This document shows, one piece after another, positions 9,898 through 19,649 of a stretch of DNA of 64,000 nt. The first letter of the stretch is position 1; the number at the start of each line of letters is the position of its first letter. The translations under genes and the position numbers were made by a program. This stretch comes from a bacterium (lineage in GTDB: Bacteria > JAMCPX01). The stretch is from assembly GCA_037439545.1 (NCBI GenBank), contig JBBIVV010000003.1:12906-76905 (forward strand). The letters run 5' to 3'. The notes beneath the pieces were generated by a model. The model did no database searches, was not told the origin of the DNA, and saw nothing but the letters and a program-made list of their open reading frames with translations.

Positions 9898-11049
9898 TCA
9901 GTCTTTCAGCAGGTCTCTTGCGATCATGAACCTCTGGATCTCCGAAGTGCCTTCGAAGATCCTGTATGCCCTTATGTCCCTGAACATGCGTTCAACCTTC
10001 GTTTCTTTCATAAACCCCATGCCTCCGTGCACCTGCATGATCCTGTCGGCAATCTTGAATGCCGATTCTGTCGCAAAGAGCTTGGTCATACTCGACTGCA
10101 TGCGGATGTCCTCACCGTTGTCGAACCTGTAGGCAGTATCTGCAAGCATCCTGTCTGCTGCATAAAGCTCTGTTGCACTATCGGCAAGCATCCATTGTAT
10201 GGCTTCAAACTCGGAAATGGGCTTTCCAAACTGTTTTCTGAGCTTTGCATATTCAATGCCCATGGACAACAGCCTTTCACCGATGCCGATTGCGGATGCT
10301 GCTGCGGAAAGCCTTCCCTCATTCAGCGTTTTCATTGCTATTTTGAATCCGTTCCCAATCCCGCCTATCAGGTTTTTATCAGGCACAATACAGTCTTCAA
10401 AGATTACCTCTGCCTGCAGCCAGCCTTTGCCGCCCATGGTGTTATGTATGTTTCCTATATGCAGTCCTCGAGTGCCTTTTTCCACAAGGAATGCAGTGAT
10501 CCCGCCCTTGGCCCTTTTTTCCCTGTCTGTTAAGGCTATAACCGTAAAGACGTCTGCAACCGGCGCATTTGTTATGAAGTGTTTCATACCGTTCAGTATC
10601 CATCCGGCGTCCACCTTTCCTGCCGTTGTCGTTATGGCGGACGCATCGGAGCCTGCACCAGGCTCCGTAAGAGCAAATGCTGCAATATACTCTCCGTTTG
10701 CAAGGAGCGGGAGGTAGTGTTTTTTCTGCTCTTCCGTCCCGTCATGTACGATTGCCATGGAGCCTATCCCGTTGTTCACGCTCATTATTGCCCTTATTGC
10801 ATCATGGGATTTTGACAATTCCTTCAGTGCGTAACAGTAATCCAGCAGGTTCATGCCCGAGCCGCCGTAAACAGAAGGTATCCGAAGTCCGAACAGCCCT
10901 AAATCCTTCATTTTCGCTATAAGTCCATCGGGCAGCCTGCCTGAATCTTCTATCGAATCTTCTACGGGCATACATTCGTCTTTAACAAACCGTTTTACGA
11001 TCTCTATGAAATGTCTTGCTTCCTGCGTTATCCTGTCATCCATAAGCAT
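9898..11049 (-). CDS. acyl-CoA dehydrogenase family protein
   Basis: The 383-aa length is typical of ACADs. Motifs FALTEPGAGSD and a C-terminal ...RIFEGTSEIQ. Confidence 0.9.
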   Translation of the reverse strand: MLMDDRITQEARHFIEIVKRFVKDECMPVEDSIEDSGRLPDGLIAKMKDLGLFGLRIPSVYGGSGMNLLDYCYALKELSKSHDAIRAIMSVNNGIGSMAIVHDGTEEQKKHYLPLLANGEYIAAFALTEPGAGSDASAITTTAGKVDAGWILNGMKHFITNAPVADVFTVIALTDREKRAKGGITAFLVEKGTRGLHIGNIHNTMGGKGWLQAEVIFEDCIVPDKNLIGGIGNGFKIAMKTLNEGRLSAAASAIGIGERLLSMGIEYAKLRKQFGKPISEFEAIQWMLADSATELYAADRMLADTAYRFDNGEDIRMQSSMTKLFATESAFKIADRIMQVHGGMGFMKETKVERMFRDIRAYRIFEGTSEIQRFMIARDLLKD

Positions 11050-11189
11050 CTCCTTTTAGTCTTTGTAGTAATATGGCGGAAGAAAATCAATCAAAAGGCA
11101 AAACCAGGAAATACACTACAGCAAATACGGGTTCAGGCATTATCGACCGGGTCCGAATATGATGGTTCTTTGCACTTCTTGTAAAACAG

Positions 11190-11218
11190 TTGAAAATTAC
11201 TATATTAAAGTTTAGAAT
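11190..11218 (+). promoter_or_regulatory. sigma70-type promoter candidate for tatA
   Basis: TTGAAA (11190-11195), a 17-nt spacer, then TAGAAT (11213-11218). It lies ~30 nt upstream of the AAGGAGAG RBS and the ATG at 11249. Confidence 0.4.
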
Positions 11219-11248
11219 AAAAGGAAACGTTAGGATAAGGAGAGTAAC

Positions 11249-11467
11249 ATGTTTGATATAGGTATGCCTGAGCTGGTGGTAATATTCGTGATCATTCTGG
11301 TGCTTTTTGGCGGAAAAAAACTTCCAGAAGTAGGGAAGAGCCTCGGAGAGGCAATAAAAAACTTTAAGAAGGCAATGAACGAGCTCGATACTACTGCTAC
11401 CACTGATCAATCAAAAAAATCACTCCCGGAAAATAAACCCGAAAGCAAGACGGAAGAAAAAAAATAA
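11249..11467 (+). CDS. tatA: twin-arginine translocase subunit TatA/E
   Basis: [43 protein letters not shown] is the canonical TatA N-terminus (TM helix plus amphipathic helix). Confidence 0.92.
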   Translation: MFDIGMPELVVIFVIILVLFGGKKLPEVGKSLGEAIKNFKKAMNELDTTATTDQSKKSLPENKPESKTEEKK

Positions 11468-11472
11468 ACCCG

Positions 11473-13821
11473 TTACCTTCTTTTATTGTGTGACGGCTGC
11501 ATGACAAACACCTTCCCTGTCAAGAGTTCCTTCATTCTCGGTTTGCCGAGAAGTTTTGCGAAATCGCTGTCGTTAACCACGGTCATCTTGAAAGAAGGAT
11601 TGATCTTGAACAGTTTTGCAAGTGCAGTAAAAGCGCCGTTCTCATTGTGCATGAGTATGTAGATGTGTGCAAGCGTATACCATGCGACAGGATTTTCAGG
11701 CGAGATCTTGGTAAGCTGGTTGGCATAGGTAAGTGCATCGTTATAGTCGCTTGTTTTCTGCAGACATTCCGTAAGATTTAAAACGGCATTAAAATCAGAC
11801 GGATTTTTTGTTACTGCCTCTTTCAGGTATTTTATTGCACCGGCATAATCAGCCTTCATGTAATAGGCTGTACCGAGCAAAAAATCATAGACCTCGTTCT
11901 TCGGGTCGCTGTTCTTCATGGTAGTTGCCAATGCAATAGCGCTGTCGATATCGTTCGTACTCAGGTATGAGCTTATCAGGTAAGGCCCTATCTCATTCCT
12001 GGACAGAGGCATGAGATCAAGGGATGCTTTGAATTCATTTATAGCACCTGCGTAATTATCCTTGCTATAGTAAAGGAAACCAAGCAGTTTATGCCCGTAA
12101 GAGAAATAGGGTGCAAGGCTTATTACAATTTTTGCATTTACTATCGCGTCTGCCGTATCGAGGCTCCCTGCCTCTGCCCTTGCAAGCGTGTAAAGGATCA
12201 TATAATCATCGGGTGCCAGTTCGTGGGCCTTTTTTACGGCATCCTCTGCCTTTTTCGGCATCTTCAGGTCAAGATACGTTTCAGCCTCCATGTTATAAAT
12301 GCCGGCGAGTGCCTGCTTATACGATGTAGAGCTCAGGTTGCCCAGGAGTATCACAGATACGATGAATGCGATTACGAAGAAAACGGTCAGGGAATAATTA
12401 TTGCTTATACTGAGTCCGAAATCGTACTTCCACCGCCATTTAAACCCCGATAACTTTTTCAGTATGGATACGAAACCATACTCGTCTTCAAAATGCCTGT
12501 ATTTACGTTTTCCGACAATAAGCCCGGCAAATACCCAGAACATTAAAGCAGAGGAAGGGATTTCAAGGTTAAAGGTAAAAAGAGCAGCTATAAGTGCCGA
12601 TGCAATACCGGCCATAAGCGCAATGTTCCAGATGATGTTATGTGCATCTTCCTGTGCATCTTTTATACTCCTGATGCCGGTAATAAAGATCTCCAGAAGA
12701 AACCAGAGAAAACAGAAAACGCCTGCTATGCCGAGTTCAAAAAATGCCTGCAAATACTCATTGTGGGCATTATCGAGGTAGCGGAGCTCTGTCCAGTCGG
12801 TTGTTTTGAGCGCGGCGACTTCATACAGCGGTATGTTGATCTGGTAGTTACCGATGCCGACACCGAAGACAGGATCGTCCTTTGCACCCTTCAGGGTACT
12901 GTCCCAGACAAGCAGCCTGAAAGCGTTTGATGAATAATCGCTGTTAAAGATGCTTTCAGCCCTTTGCACGAGGTTATTGCCGGTACGTGTGAATCCCAGT
13001 ATGACGGAAAATACAATAATCCCCGCAACACCTGTAGATAGCAGCAGCCTTTTTGTAGGAACGGTGAACAGCTTATGCCGCGTGTATGAGCTGGACATAA
13101 TGATATAGAAGAACATCGATCCGGCAATCGCTACCCAGCCTGCGCGGTTCCTTCCTATAATTATATAGGCAAATGCGAGAAGAATGCCTGAATAGGCGAT
13201 GTATTTCAAAATGCTTTTATCGGGCTCTGTCAGGAAGAGCGTGAGCATCAATGGTACAACCATGACGAGGTAATCGGTCGAAAAGTTGGTCAGTCCCATG
13301 GTACTTGCAGGGTTTGGACGCCCCCATTGATCGAGCGGAAGGGCAAGGAAATGAAAAGACTGCATCATGCCGTAAATACTGACTGCAATAGATACGATTG
13401 TTATGATAATACCGATTGTCCTGAGTTTGATATTTCTTGCATAATAGATGAACAGGAAAAAAGGCATCTGATAGGCAGCCTGCTTTATGAGCATCTGTGC
13501 CGAGAGGTGTATATTATAGGCATGGAATGCCGACAGGCATGCAATGAGATCGAGCAGTAACAGCGGGATAAGTACCGGTGTATAGAAGAAATCTATGTTC
13601 CGGTTCAGCATGGATCTTAAGAAATAAATAATAATGACGGGCCAGAGAAACAGATAGAGTACGAATACCTTCGACCAGATGTACTCGCTCCTGTAAAAGA
13701 CCAGGGGAACAAGGAACAGCAGCAGCAAAAGACTCGCTATGCTGATAGAATCAAGCCTGCTTGCGATGGTATCGCCCTGCTTAATCAGGATTCTTTGATT
13801 CTCAATCTTCAAATTCCACAC
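11473..13821 (-). CDS. O-antigen ligase (Wzy_C)-like polytopic membrane protein fused to C-terminal TPR repeats
   Basis: More than 10 TM spans. The Wzy_C-type motif YLDNAHNEYLQAFFELGIAG is present. The C-terminal ~300 aa carry TPR-like repeats (AEDAVKKAHELAPDD..., YAGAINEFKASLDLMP..., YAGAIKYLKEAVTKNP...). Confidence 0.75.
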   Translation of the reverse strand: MWNLKIENQRILIKQGDTIASRLDSISIASLLLLLFLVPLVFYRSEYIWSKVFVLYLFLWPVIIIYFLRSMLNRNIDFFYTPVLIPLLLLDLIACLSAFHAYNIHLSAQMLIKQAAYQMPFFLFIYYARNIKLRTIGIIITIVSIAVSIYGMMQSFHFLALPLDQWGRPNPASTMGLTNFSTDYLVMVVPLMLTLFLTEPDKSILKYIAYSGILLAFAYIIIGRNRAGWVAIAGSMFFYIIMSSSYTRHKLFTVPTKRLLLSTGVAGIIVFSVILGFTRTGNNLVQRAESIFNSDYSSNAFRLLVWDSTLKGAKDDPVFGVGIGNYQINIPLYEVAALKTTDWTELRYLDNAHNEYLQAFFELGIAGVFCFLWFLLEIFITGIRSIKDAQEDAHNIIWNIALMAGIASALIAALFTFNLEIPSSALMFWVFAGLIVGKRKYRHFEDEYGFVSILKKLSGFKWRWKYDFGLSISNNYSLTVFFVIAFIVSVILLGNLSSTSYKQALAGIYNMEAETYLDLKMPKKAEDAVKKAHELAPDDYMILYTLARAEAGSLDTADAIVNAKIVISLAPYFSYGHKLLGFLYYSKDNYAGAINEFKASLDLMPLSRNEIGPYLISSYLSTNDIDSAIALATTMKNSDPKNEVYDFLLGTAYYMKADYAGAIKYLKEAVTKNPSDFNAVLNLTECLQKTSDYNDALTYANQLTKISPENPVAWYTLAHIYILMHNENGAFTALAKLFKINPSFKMTVVNDSDFAKLLGKPRMKELLTGKVFVMQPSHNKRR

Positions 13822-16378
13822 CCACTTTTTTCAGCGGCGCATTTATAATGTCATGGTAAAGTATGCCGAGCCCCTTTTCTATTATATCAACAGGACCTAT
13901 GAGCCTGTTGTCTACCCTTTTTACGACCATAAAGAGTTTTCCTGTCCTATCTATGCCCAATTCCTCTATAAAAGGTCTGATATTAAACTCGCCGGTCTTT
14001 TTTTTCTGGTTCAATGATACCATAAATATTTTACTGCTCAAAAGCAAATCTATGGCTGAACTTAATACCGACAAACTGCAACTGCTTACCGCATCGAGCA
14101 TGAGCTCGTAATGTACCGACTTTACCGCGATACCGGCCGGTCTTGCACCGTAGGGCAGGAGAGTGACATTCATAAACTCCAGCCCCTGGTGCCCGTATTT
14201 TTTTAAAGCCTCAAGGACTTTACCCGCATCAATATTTCCATAGAGTTTTATATCAATGTATTCGGCACTGCTTTCAATGCCGACAGGTATAGGATCGCTG
14301 AACGATACAATGGGTTTTGGATGAAATCCGGATGTGTATGCCAGGGGCAGTTTTGCCCTGTGGATCGCATGCATGAGGAAGTCCATAAGTTCGAGATGGC
14401 CGAGGAACCTTATCAAGCCTGATTTTGTATAGTGCACCCGTATGTTCGTGGTCCACTGATTCGGTGTTTCTTCGGGTCCTTTAATTGCCTTTTGAACACC
14501 GGATGATTTTTGCAGAGGTTCTTTAGATGCTACCGGTTCGATATATTTAAAATCGCATACGCCGCAATCGGTGCATACAGCCTGAAAACAATCCTCCGTG
14601 ATAAGCTGCGACCGTGACTTCTCGTATTCCTGGCGGAGGAAAGACTTCGGTATAAAGGTATCGATATGATCCCAGGGAAGGGACTCATCAGCGGTCCGTT
14701 CTCTGATCAGGTCCGATAACGACAGCCCGTGAGCCTTTAGTGCATCAAGCCATACCTGATAGTCAAAACCGGATGAAGGATCGTCAACCGGTTTATGGAT
14801 TTCTTCCTCCGGGGATAAGCCGCGTGTGGCCGCAGATTTTAATTCGTGTGCTAAAACATCTTCAATGACAGGCCCCATTCTCCTGTCAGCCCTTGCAAGT
14901 ACAGCCTCTATGACGCTTATCTCAGGCGTCTGGTATTTTATAACGACACCCGTTTTCCTTACGATATCCCTTACCATGAATAATCTTCTCCTGAATTCCC
15001 CCGGTGTAATCATCTCGGCCCACTGAAACGGCGTATGGGGTTTTGGGATGAACGCCGATATGCTTGCATTGATCTTGGTTTTCCTGTTGTTTTTTCTGAC
15101 CGCAGCATGGATACGTTTTATAAGCTCCCCCATACCCGTAACGTCATCATCTGTTTCAAGCGGCAGTCCAAGCATAAAGTAAAGCTTTATGGTCTGCCAC
15201 CCCTTCTTTGCCGCAAGTTCAACGGAGGCGAGGATCTCGTCTTCTGTGATGTTTTTATTTATAATGTTCCTCATCCTCTGGGTGCCTGCTTCTATTGCAA
15301 CGGTGAACCCCGTTTTCCTTACCTGTTTTATCTGGTCGAGTATGGAATCCGCGACAGAATCTATTCTTAAAGAGGGGAGTGACAGGGAGCACCTGTCATC
15401 GATAAATTCAGACATGAAGGCTTTCAAAAGCGGAAGTATATGGGTATAGTCCCCTGCACTGAGTGAGAGAAGGCTTACATCTGAAAATCCGGACACATCG
15501 ATGTTCTGTTTTATTTCTTTCAGTACCGTATCCATGTCTTTTTCCCTGACAGGCCTGTAGATCATGCCTGCCTGACAGAACCTGCAGCCTTTAGTACAGC
15601 CGCGTGCGATTTCAACAACAAGCCTGTCATGGACCGGTTTTAAAAAAGGTATCAGTGCATGTTTCAATGCCGAGCTGTTGATACCGGGCAGTATTCTCCT
15701 CTTAACGCCTGGTGTTGATTTACCGTAAGGCACAATGCCTTTGAATTTGTCCTGTCCGTCGATGACCTGTTCGAAAAGTGATGGCACGTACACCCCTTTT
15801 ACAGAGGAGAGCGTGTTCAGGCATGACTCTCTGGAAAGCCCCTGCTCTTTGCATCGTATGACAATATCTATAATCTCTTTTATAGCCTCTTCGCCGTCGC
15901 CGATCACGAACGCATCGAAGAAATCCGCAACAGGTTCTGGGCTAAAAGCGCAACTGCCTCCTCCAAGAACGAGCGGAAACAGCTTTTTTCTTTTCCCAGA
16001 GCGTGCCTCCAGCCCCGACAGCTTCATGACGCGCAAAGCATTGGTGTAATTGAGTTCTGTCTGGAGTGTGATGCCTATGATATCGAATTCGTCAAGAGGC
16101 GTGTCCGTTTCGATGGACGAGAGTTTTGACGCATGCCTTTTCATCATTTCTTCCATGTCGCTCCCCGGCAGGTATGCCCTCTCAGCGAGTGCATAGGGCA
16201 GATCATTTATCAGCTCATAGAGTATTTTCAAGCCGAGGTTTGCTATGCCGACCTCATACAGATCAGGGTAAACAAGGACGGTCTTTAATTTTACCGAGTT
16301 ATGCTGTTTTACTATGGCGTTTGGCTCGGGCCCTATGTATCTGGCGGGCCTTCTCACGTACGATAAAAGCTCTCTCAT
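13802..16378 (-). CDS. B12-binding-domain radical SAM protein fused to a DUF2344-type radical-SAM-associated domain
   Basis: CxxxCxxC cluster ARGCTKGCRFCQAG. The N-terminus is B12-binding-like. The C-terminal ~230 aa (IRVHYTKSGLIRFLGHLELMDF...) resemble the TIGR03936/DUF2344 module that is commonly fused or adjacent. Confidence 0.8.
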   Translation of the reverse strand: MRELLSYVRRPARYIGPEPNAIVKQHNSVKLKTVLVYPDLYEVGIANLGLKILYELINDLPYALAERAYLPGSDMEEMMKRHASKLSSIETDTPLDEFDIIGITLQTELNYTNALRVMKLSGLEARSGKRKKLFPLVLGGGSCAFSPEPVADFFDAFVIGDGEEAIKEIIDIVIRCKEQGLSRESCLNTLSSVKGVYVPSLFEQVIDGQDKFKGIVPYGKSTPGVKRRILPGINSSALKHALIPFLKPVHDRLVVEIARGCTKGCRFCQAGMIYRPVREKDMDTVLKEIKQNIDVSGFSDVSLLSLSAGDYTHILPLLKAFMSEFIDDRCSLSLPSLRIDSVADSILDQIKQVRKTGFTVAIEAGTQRMRNIINKNITEDEILASVELAAKKGWQTIKLYFMLGLPLETDDDVTGMGELIKRIHAAVRKNNRKTKINASISAFIPKPHTPFQWAEMITPGEFRRRLFMVRDIVRKTGVVIKYQTPEISVIEAVLARADRRMGPVIEDVLAHELKSAATRGLSPEEEIHKPVDDPSSGFDYQVWLDALKAHGLSLSDLIRERTADESLPWDHIDTFIPKSFLRQEYEKSRSQLITEDCFQAVCTDCGVCDFKYIEPVASKEPLQKSSGVQKAIKGPEETPNQWTTNIRVHYTKSGLIRFLGHLELMDFLMHAIHRAKLPLAYTSGFHPKPIVSFSDPIPVGIESSAEYIDIKLYGNIDAGKVLEALKKYGHQGLEFMNVTLLPYGARPAGIAVKSVHYELMLDAVSSCSLSVLSSAIDLLLSSKIFMVSLNQKKKTGEFNIRPFIEELGIDRTGKLFMVVKRVDNRLIGPVDIIEKGLGILYHDIINAPLKKVGVEFED

Positions 16379-17118
16379 ATCGTACCGGTATAATATTTCA
16401 GATCAAATCTGCCGTCTTGAAACACGACATAGCTGTAATCTTTAAACCAATTACCCGCGTTGATATACGTTATTTTCTTGCCGTTGAAGGTCGATTCCCT
16501 GATCTCGGGTACATGGAAATGGGCTGAAATAATGACATCGAACCCCTGCAGGGCCTTCTCGCCGATATACGCGTCAATGACGGATTCCGGCATTGTCCTT
16601 TTTACGGTCCACACCTCCCTGCTGCGTTTTGACATGTTTGATGCGACGCGTCTTGCGAGCCATGCCGGCAGAAGTTCTGATAGTAAACGGCTGAACCTGC
16701 TTCTCAGGATCCACCGCAGCATTCTGTATTTTTTGTCCGTAGAGTCAATCATATCGCCGTGCGTGATAAAGCACTTTATGCCGTCGAGCTGCATACTGAT
16801 GCCGTCCTCGATCACATGGATGTCTTCAAACATGCTTTTCAGGGTATGTTTTATGAAAAAGTCGTGGTTGCCTATATGATAATATATCTTTACACCTTTG
16901 CCGGACAGTTGTTTCACAGTGTTCAAAAGCGGAATATAAAAAGGGTCTATGAATCCGCCGGGACTTACCCAGTAATCAAAAATATCGCCAAGCAAAAACA
17001 GGATGTCGGGAACAACCGGATGCTGCGTACTCAAACCATCGAGGAACGATACAAGCCTTTCCTGGTTCGGATCGCCTTTGCCCCTTAGGTGTGCATCAGA
17101 AAGAAATATACAGTACAT
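16375..17118 (-). CDS. lpxH: UDP-2,3-diacylglucosamine diphosphatase (LpxH-like metallophosphoesterase)
   Basis: ORF trimmed to ATG 17118 (MYCIFLSDAHL). It is collinear with LpxH motifs: SDAHL, LGDIFDYW, GNHDF, THGD, and H.H in ISAHFHVP. Confidence 0.72.
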   Translation of the reverse strand: MYCIFLSDAHLRGKGDPNQERLVSFLDGLSTQHPVVPDILFLLGDIFDYWVSPGGFIDPFYIPLLNTVKQLSGKGVKIYYHIGNHDFFIKHTLKSMFEDIHVIEDGISMQLDGIKCFITHGDMIDSTDKKYRMLRWILRSRFSRLLSELLPAWLARRVASNMSKRSREVWTVKRTMPESVIDAYIGEKALQGFDVIISAHFHVPEIRESTFNGKKITYINAGNWFKDYSYVVFQDGRFDLKYYTGTI

Positions 17119-17376
17119 GAGCGAATTATAATCCGCCCGGCTGGCAGTAGTCAAATGTTTGAATAACTTAGGACATCCATAGATACATCGTCCTGACTTT
17201 CCCAATTAGTGCGGCTTTTTATCAAGAATCACGCTGAGAGTATTACCTGAGACTTCTTCTTTTGAGCCTCAATTACCCGTTTCATGCAAAGGGCAACAAA
17301 GACAATTAAGATATGATATCTGATAGAGGTTTCTAAATGATGATAATGAAGCAAGGATCCATTTTATTCTAAAGCT

Positions 17377-17420
17377 GGATTCCCGTTGGAATCTATCCCG
17401 CGATTGGCGGGACGGGAATG
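17377..17420. repeat. nested-hairpin REP-like element in a 360-bp non-coding gap
   Basis: Outer inverted repeat ATTCCCGT (17379-17386) / ACGGGAAT (17412-17419). Inner hairpins are GATTCC-cgtt-GGAATC and CCCGC-gattg-GCGGG. It resembles the (ATTCCCGC...GCGGGAAT)-type intergenic palindromes common in many bacteria. Confidence 0.45.
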
Positions 17421-17531
17421 ACGGAAAGGGAGACAGGAACTTCATGCACCCCTCGTCCCTCTTGGTAGAGGAGAAAAGAAGATACCCCGTTTCCGCGACC
17501 CAAGCCTTGCTTGGGTACTCCGACGGGAACA

Positions 17532-17548
17532 CCCCTTTATAAAAGGGG
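17532..17548 (-). terminator. hairpin just downstream of the ABC permease gene (weak terminator or repeat-family member)
   Basis: CCCCTTT-ata-AAAGGGG lies 18 nt after the permease stop. It has the same CCCCT(C/T)TT...AAGGGG architecture as the hairpins at 18815 and 18851. No clear T-tract follows on the minus strand. Confidence 0.35.
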
Positions 17549-17565
17549 AATTCTTCACCCCTTGC

Positions 17566-18783
17566 CTACTCGTACCGCAGCGCTTCTATGGGGTTGAGCT
17601 TGGACGCCTTGGTAGCGGGGTACAGTCCGAAGAACACACCCACTGCGAATGAGAAAAAGAACGCAATGGCGACCGGCAGGGCGTTTACCTGTATAGGTAT
17701 CTTGATGAACGAGGCAGCCGTAAGGCTGAGCGCGGACCCGAGTATGATGCCGATGATACCGCCTATGGTACTGAGGATAATGGCCTCGAAGAGGAACTGG
17801 AGCAGGATGTCCCGCCTTTTTGCGCCCACCGCCATCCGTATGCCGATCTCCCTTGTCCTTTCGGTCACGGATACGAGCATGATGTTCATAATGCCTATGC
17901 CGCCGACTATGAGTGCTATCGATGCGATACTTCCGAGGAAGATTGTCAGCAGGTTCGTAATGTTCATGATGGCGGACAGCATATCGGTTACGTTGCGGAT
18001 GGTAAAGTCATCGTCAGCCTCGGCCTTTATGTTATGCCTCTGGCGCAGCAGAGATTCTATCTCCTGCTGGGCTGCATTGACGGACGAGCTCGATATTGCT
18101 TTGACAAAGATCAGATTGAGATAGTCTATTCCGAGCAATTTCTTCTGTATGGTCGTATACGGCGCAAGGATCATGTCGTCCTGGTCCTGTCCGAATCCGG
18201 CTGTGCCTTTTGATGCCATAACGGCAACGACCCTGAACGGCAGATTTTTGATCTTGATGATCTTGCCTATGGGGTCAATACCTCCGAACAGTTGTTCCTT
18301 TACGACCTGTCCGATGGCGCACACATTTGCCGACGCGTCTATGTCCTCTTTATCGAAGAAATTTCCTTCCGCAACAGGCCAGTCACGTATCATCGGGAAG
18401 CTTGCACCGACCCCCATGATTGTCGTTGCCCAGTTCTGATTTTGATATATGGTTTGACCGACCCACCTGACGCCGGGTGAAATATACAGTGCATCAGGGG
18501 CCTGGTTTGCTATTGCACTCGCATCCGACGGCATAAGGGTATTGACCGAACCGAATCCGCCATGTACCCCGCCCATCGAGGTACTGCCGGGAAAGATCAC
18601 CAGCAGGTTGGAGCCGAGTGCAGAAATCTGGCTCTCTATTTTTTTGCTTACACCCTGTCCTATTGAGACAAGCGCAACAACAGCAGCGATACCTATGATA
18701 ACACCGAGTCCTGTAAGAACAGAACGCATCTTGTTCTTGTAGAGCGCCCTTGTCGATACCTTGATTGCCTCGGGAAAGTTCAT
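17566..18783 (-). CDS. ABC transporter permease, MacB-type (MacB periplasmic core domain + FtsX)
   Basis: 405 aa. The N-terminal TM is followed by a large periplasmic domain and the C-terminal FtsX region ...RTREIGIRMAVGAKRRDILLQFLFEA... Confidence 0.88.
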   Translation of the reverse strand: MNFPEAIKVSTRALYKNKMRSVLTGLGVIIGIAAVVALVSIGQGVSKKIESQISALGSNLLVIFPGSTSMGGVHGGFGSVNTLMPSDASAIANQAPDALYISPGVRWVGQTIYQNQNWATTIMGVGASFPMIRDWPVAEGNFFDKEDIDASANVCAIGQVVKEQLFGGIDPIGKIIKIKNLPFRVVAVMASKGTAGFGQDQDDMILAPYTTIQKKLLGIDYLNLIFVKAISSSSVNAAQQEIESLLRQRHNIKAEADDDFTIRNVTDMLSAIMNITNLLTIFLGSIASIALIVGGIGIMNIMLVSVTERTREIGIRMAVGAKRRDILLQFLFEAIILSTIGGIIGIILGSALSLTAASFIKIPIQVNALPVAIAFFFSFAVGVFFGLYPATKASKLNPIEALRYE

Positions 18784-18812
18784 AAAAGCTCCTTGTTTCC
18801 ATTTTTTCTGTA

Positions 18813-18882
18813 TTCCCCTCTTAATCTAAGAGGGGTAACACGGAAGAATGCCCCTCTTATGTAAGAGGGATAACGCAGAAGC
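18813..18882. repeat. two tandem copies of a ~35-nt hairpin unit between the ABC ATPase and permease genes
   Basis: Unit 1 is ttCCCCTCTTAatcTAAGAGGGGtaacacggaag (hairpin 18815-18835). Unit 2 is tgCCCCTCTTAtgTAAGAGGGataacgcagaag (hairpin 18851-18870). Confidence 0.7.
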
Positions 18883-18917
18883 TTATATGTAACTACGAAA
18901 GACTTTCTCATTTTAAG

Positions 18918-19649
18918 TTATTTCTGTCCATGTTCCACCGTGTCGGACACGACAAGACCGTCCTTGAATGTTATAATCCTCTGTGCATACTTGGCTATAT
19001 CTTGTTCGTGGGTCACCAGTATTATGGTGACACCCATTTCTTCATTCAGATTTTTCAAGATGTTCATGATCTCATAGCTCGTTTTGCTGTCGAGGTTACC
19101 CGTAGGCTCGTCCGCAAGGATGATGCTCGGAGAATTGACGAGAGCCCGTGCTATCGCAACGCGCTGCTGCTGTCCGCCCGAGAGCTGCTGGGGAAAATGT
19201 TTCTCGAAACCCTTCAGTCCCATCATTTCAAGCAGCTCCAATGCCTTTTTCTGTCTCTCGTGTCTTGTTATACCGGAATATACGAGTGGTAATTCGACAT
19301 TTTCCATGGCGCTCGTTCGTCCGAGCAGGTTGAAGTTCTGAAATATAAAACCGATCCTTTCATTACGGATCTCCGCAAGCCTGTCGGGTGTGAGAGATGA
19401 AACATCCGTTCCTTCAAGAAGGTAGTGGCCTTCTGTCGGTTTATCAAGGCATCCAAGTATATTCATAAAGGTTGTTTTACCGGAGCCTGATGCACCTGTT
19501 ATGGACACGAATGCACTCTCCGGTATTTGCAGGTTCACCTCTTTCAGTGCAGGTACGGCCACACTATCGAGGAAATAGGTCTTTTTCAGGCCTATGGCCT
19601 TTACAACGATACCGTTATTGTCCTGTCTGATATCCTGTAACAACCTCAT
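18918..19649 (-). CDS. ABC transporter ATP-binding protein (MacB/LolD-type)
   Basis: Walker [10 protein letters not shown], signature [15 protein letters not shown], Walker [13 protein letters not shown]. Confidence 0.92.
   Translation of the reverse strand: MRLLQDIRQDNNGIVVKAIGLKKTYFLDSVAVPALKEVNLQIPESAFVSITGASGSGKTTFMNILGCLDKPTEGHYLLEGTDVSSLTPDRLAEIRNERIGFIFQNFNLLGRTSAMENVELPLVYSGITRHERQKKALELLEMMGLKGFEKHFPQQLSGGQQQRVAIARALVNSPSIILADEPTGNLDSKTSYEIMNILKNLNEEMGVTIILVTHEQDIAKYAQRIITFKDGLVVSDTVEHGQK

Noticed and set aside
17269-17532. An 87-aa ORF in the lpxH-macB gap.
   Set aside because: It is read through a REP-like palindromic element, it has no RBS, and its peptide looks like the pseudo-translation of such repeats.
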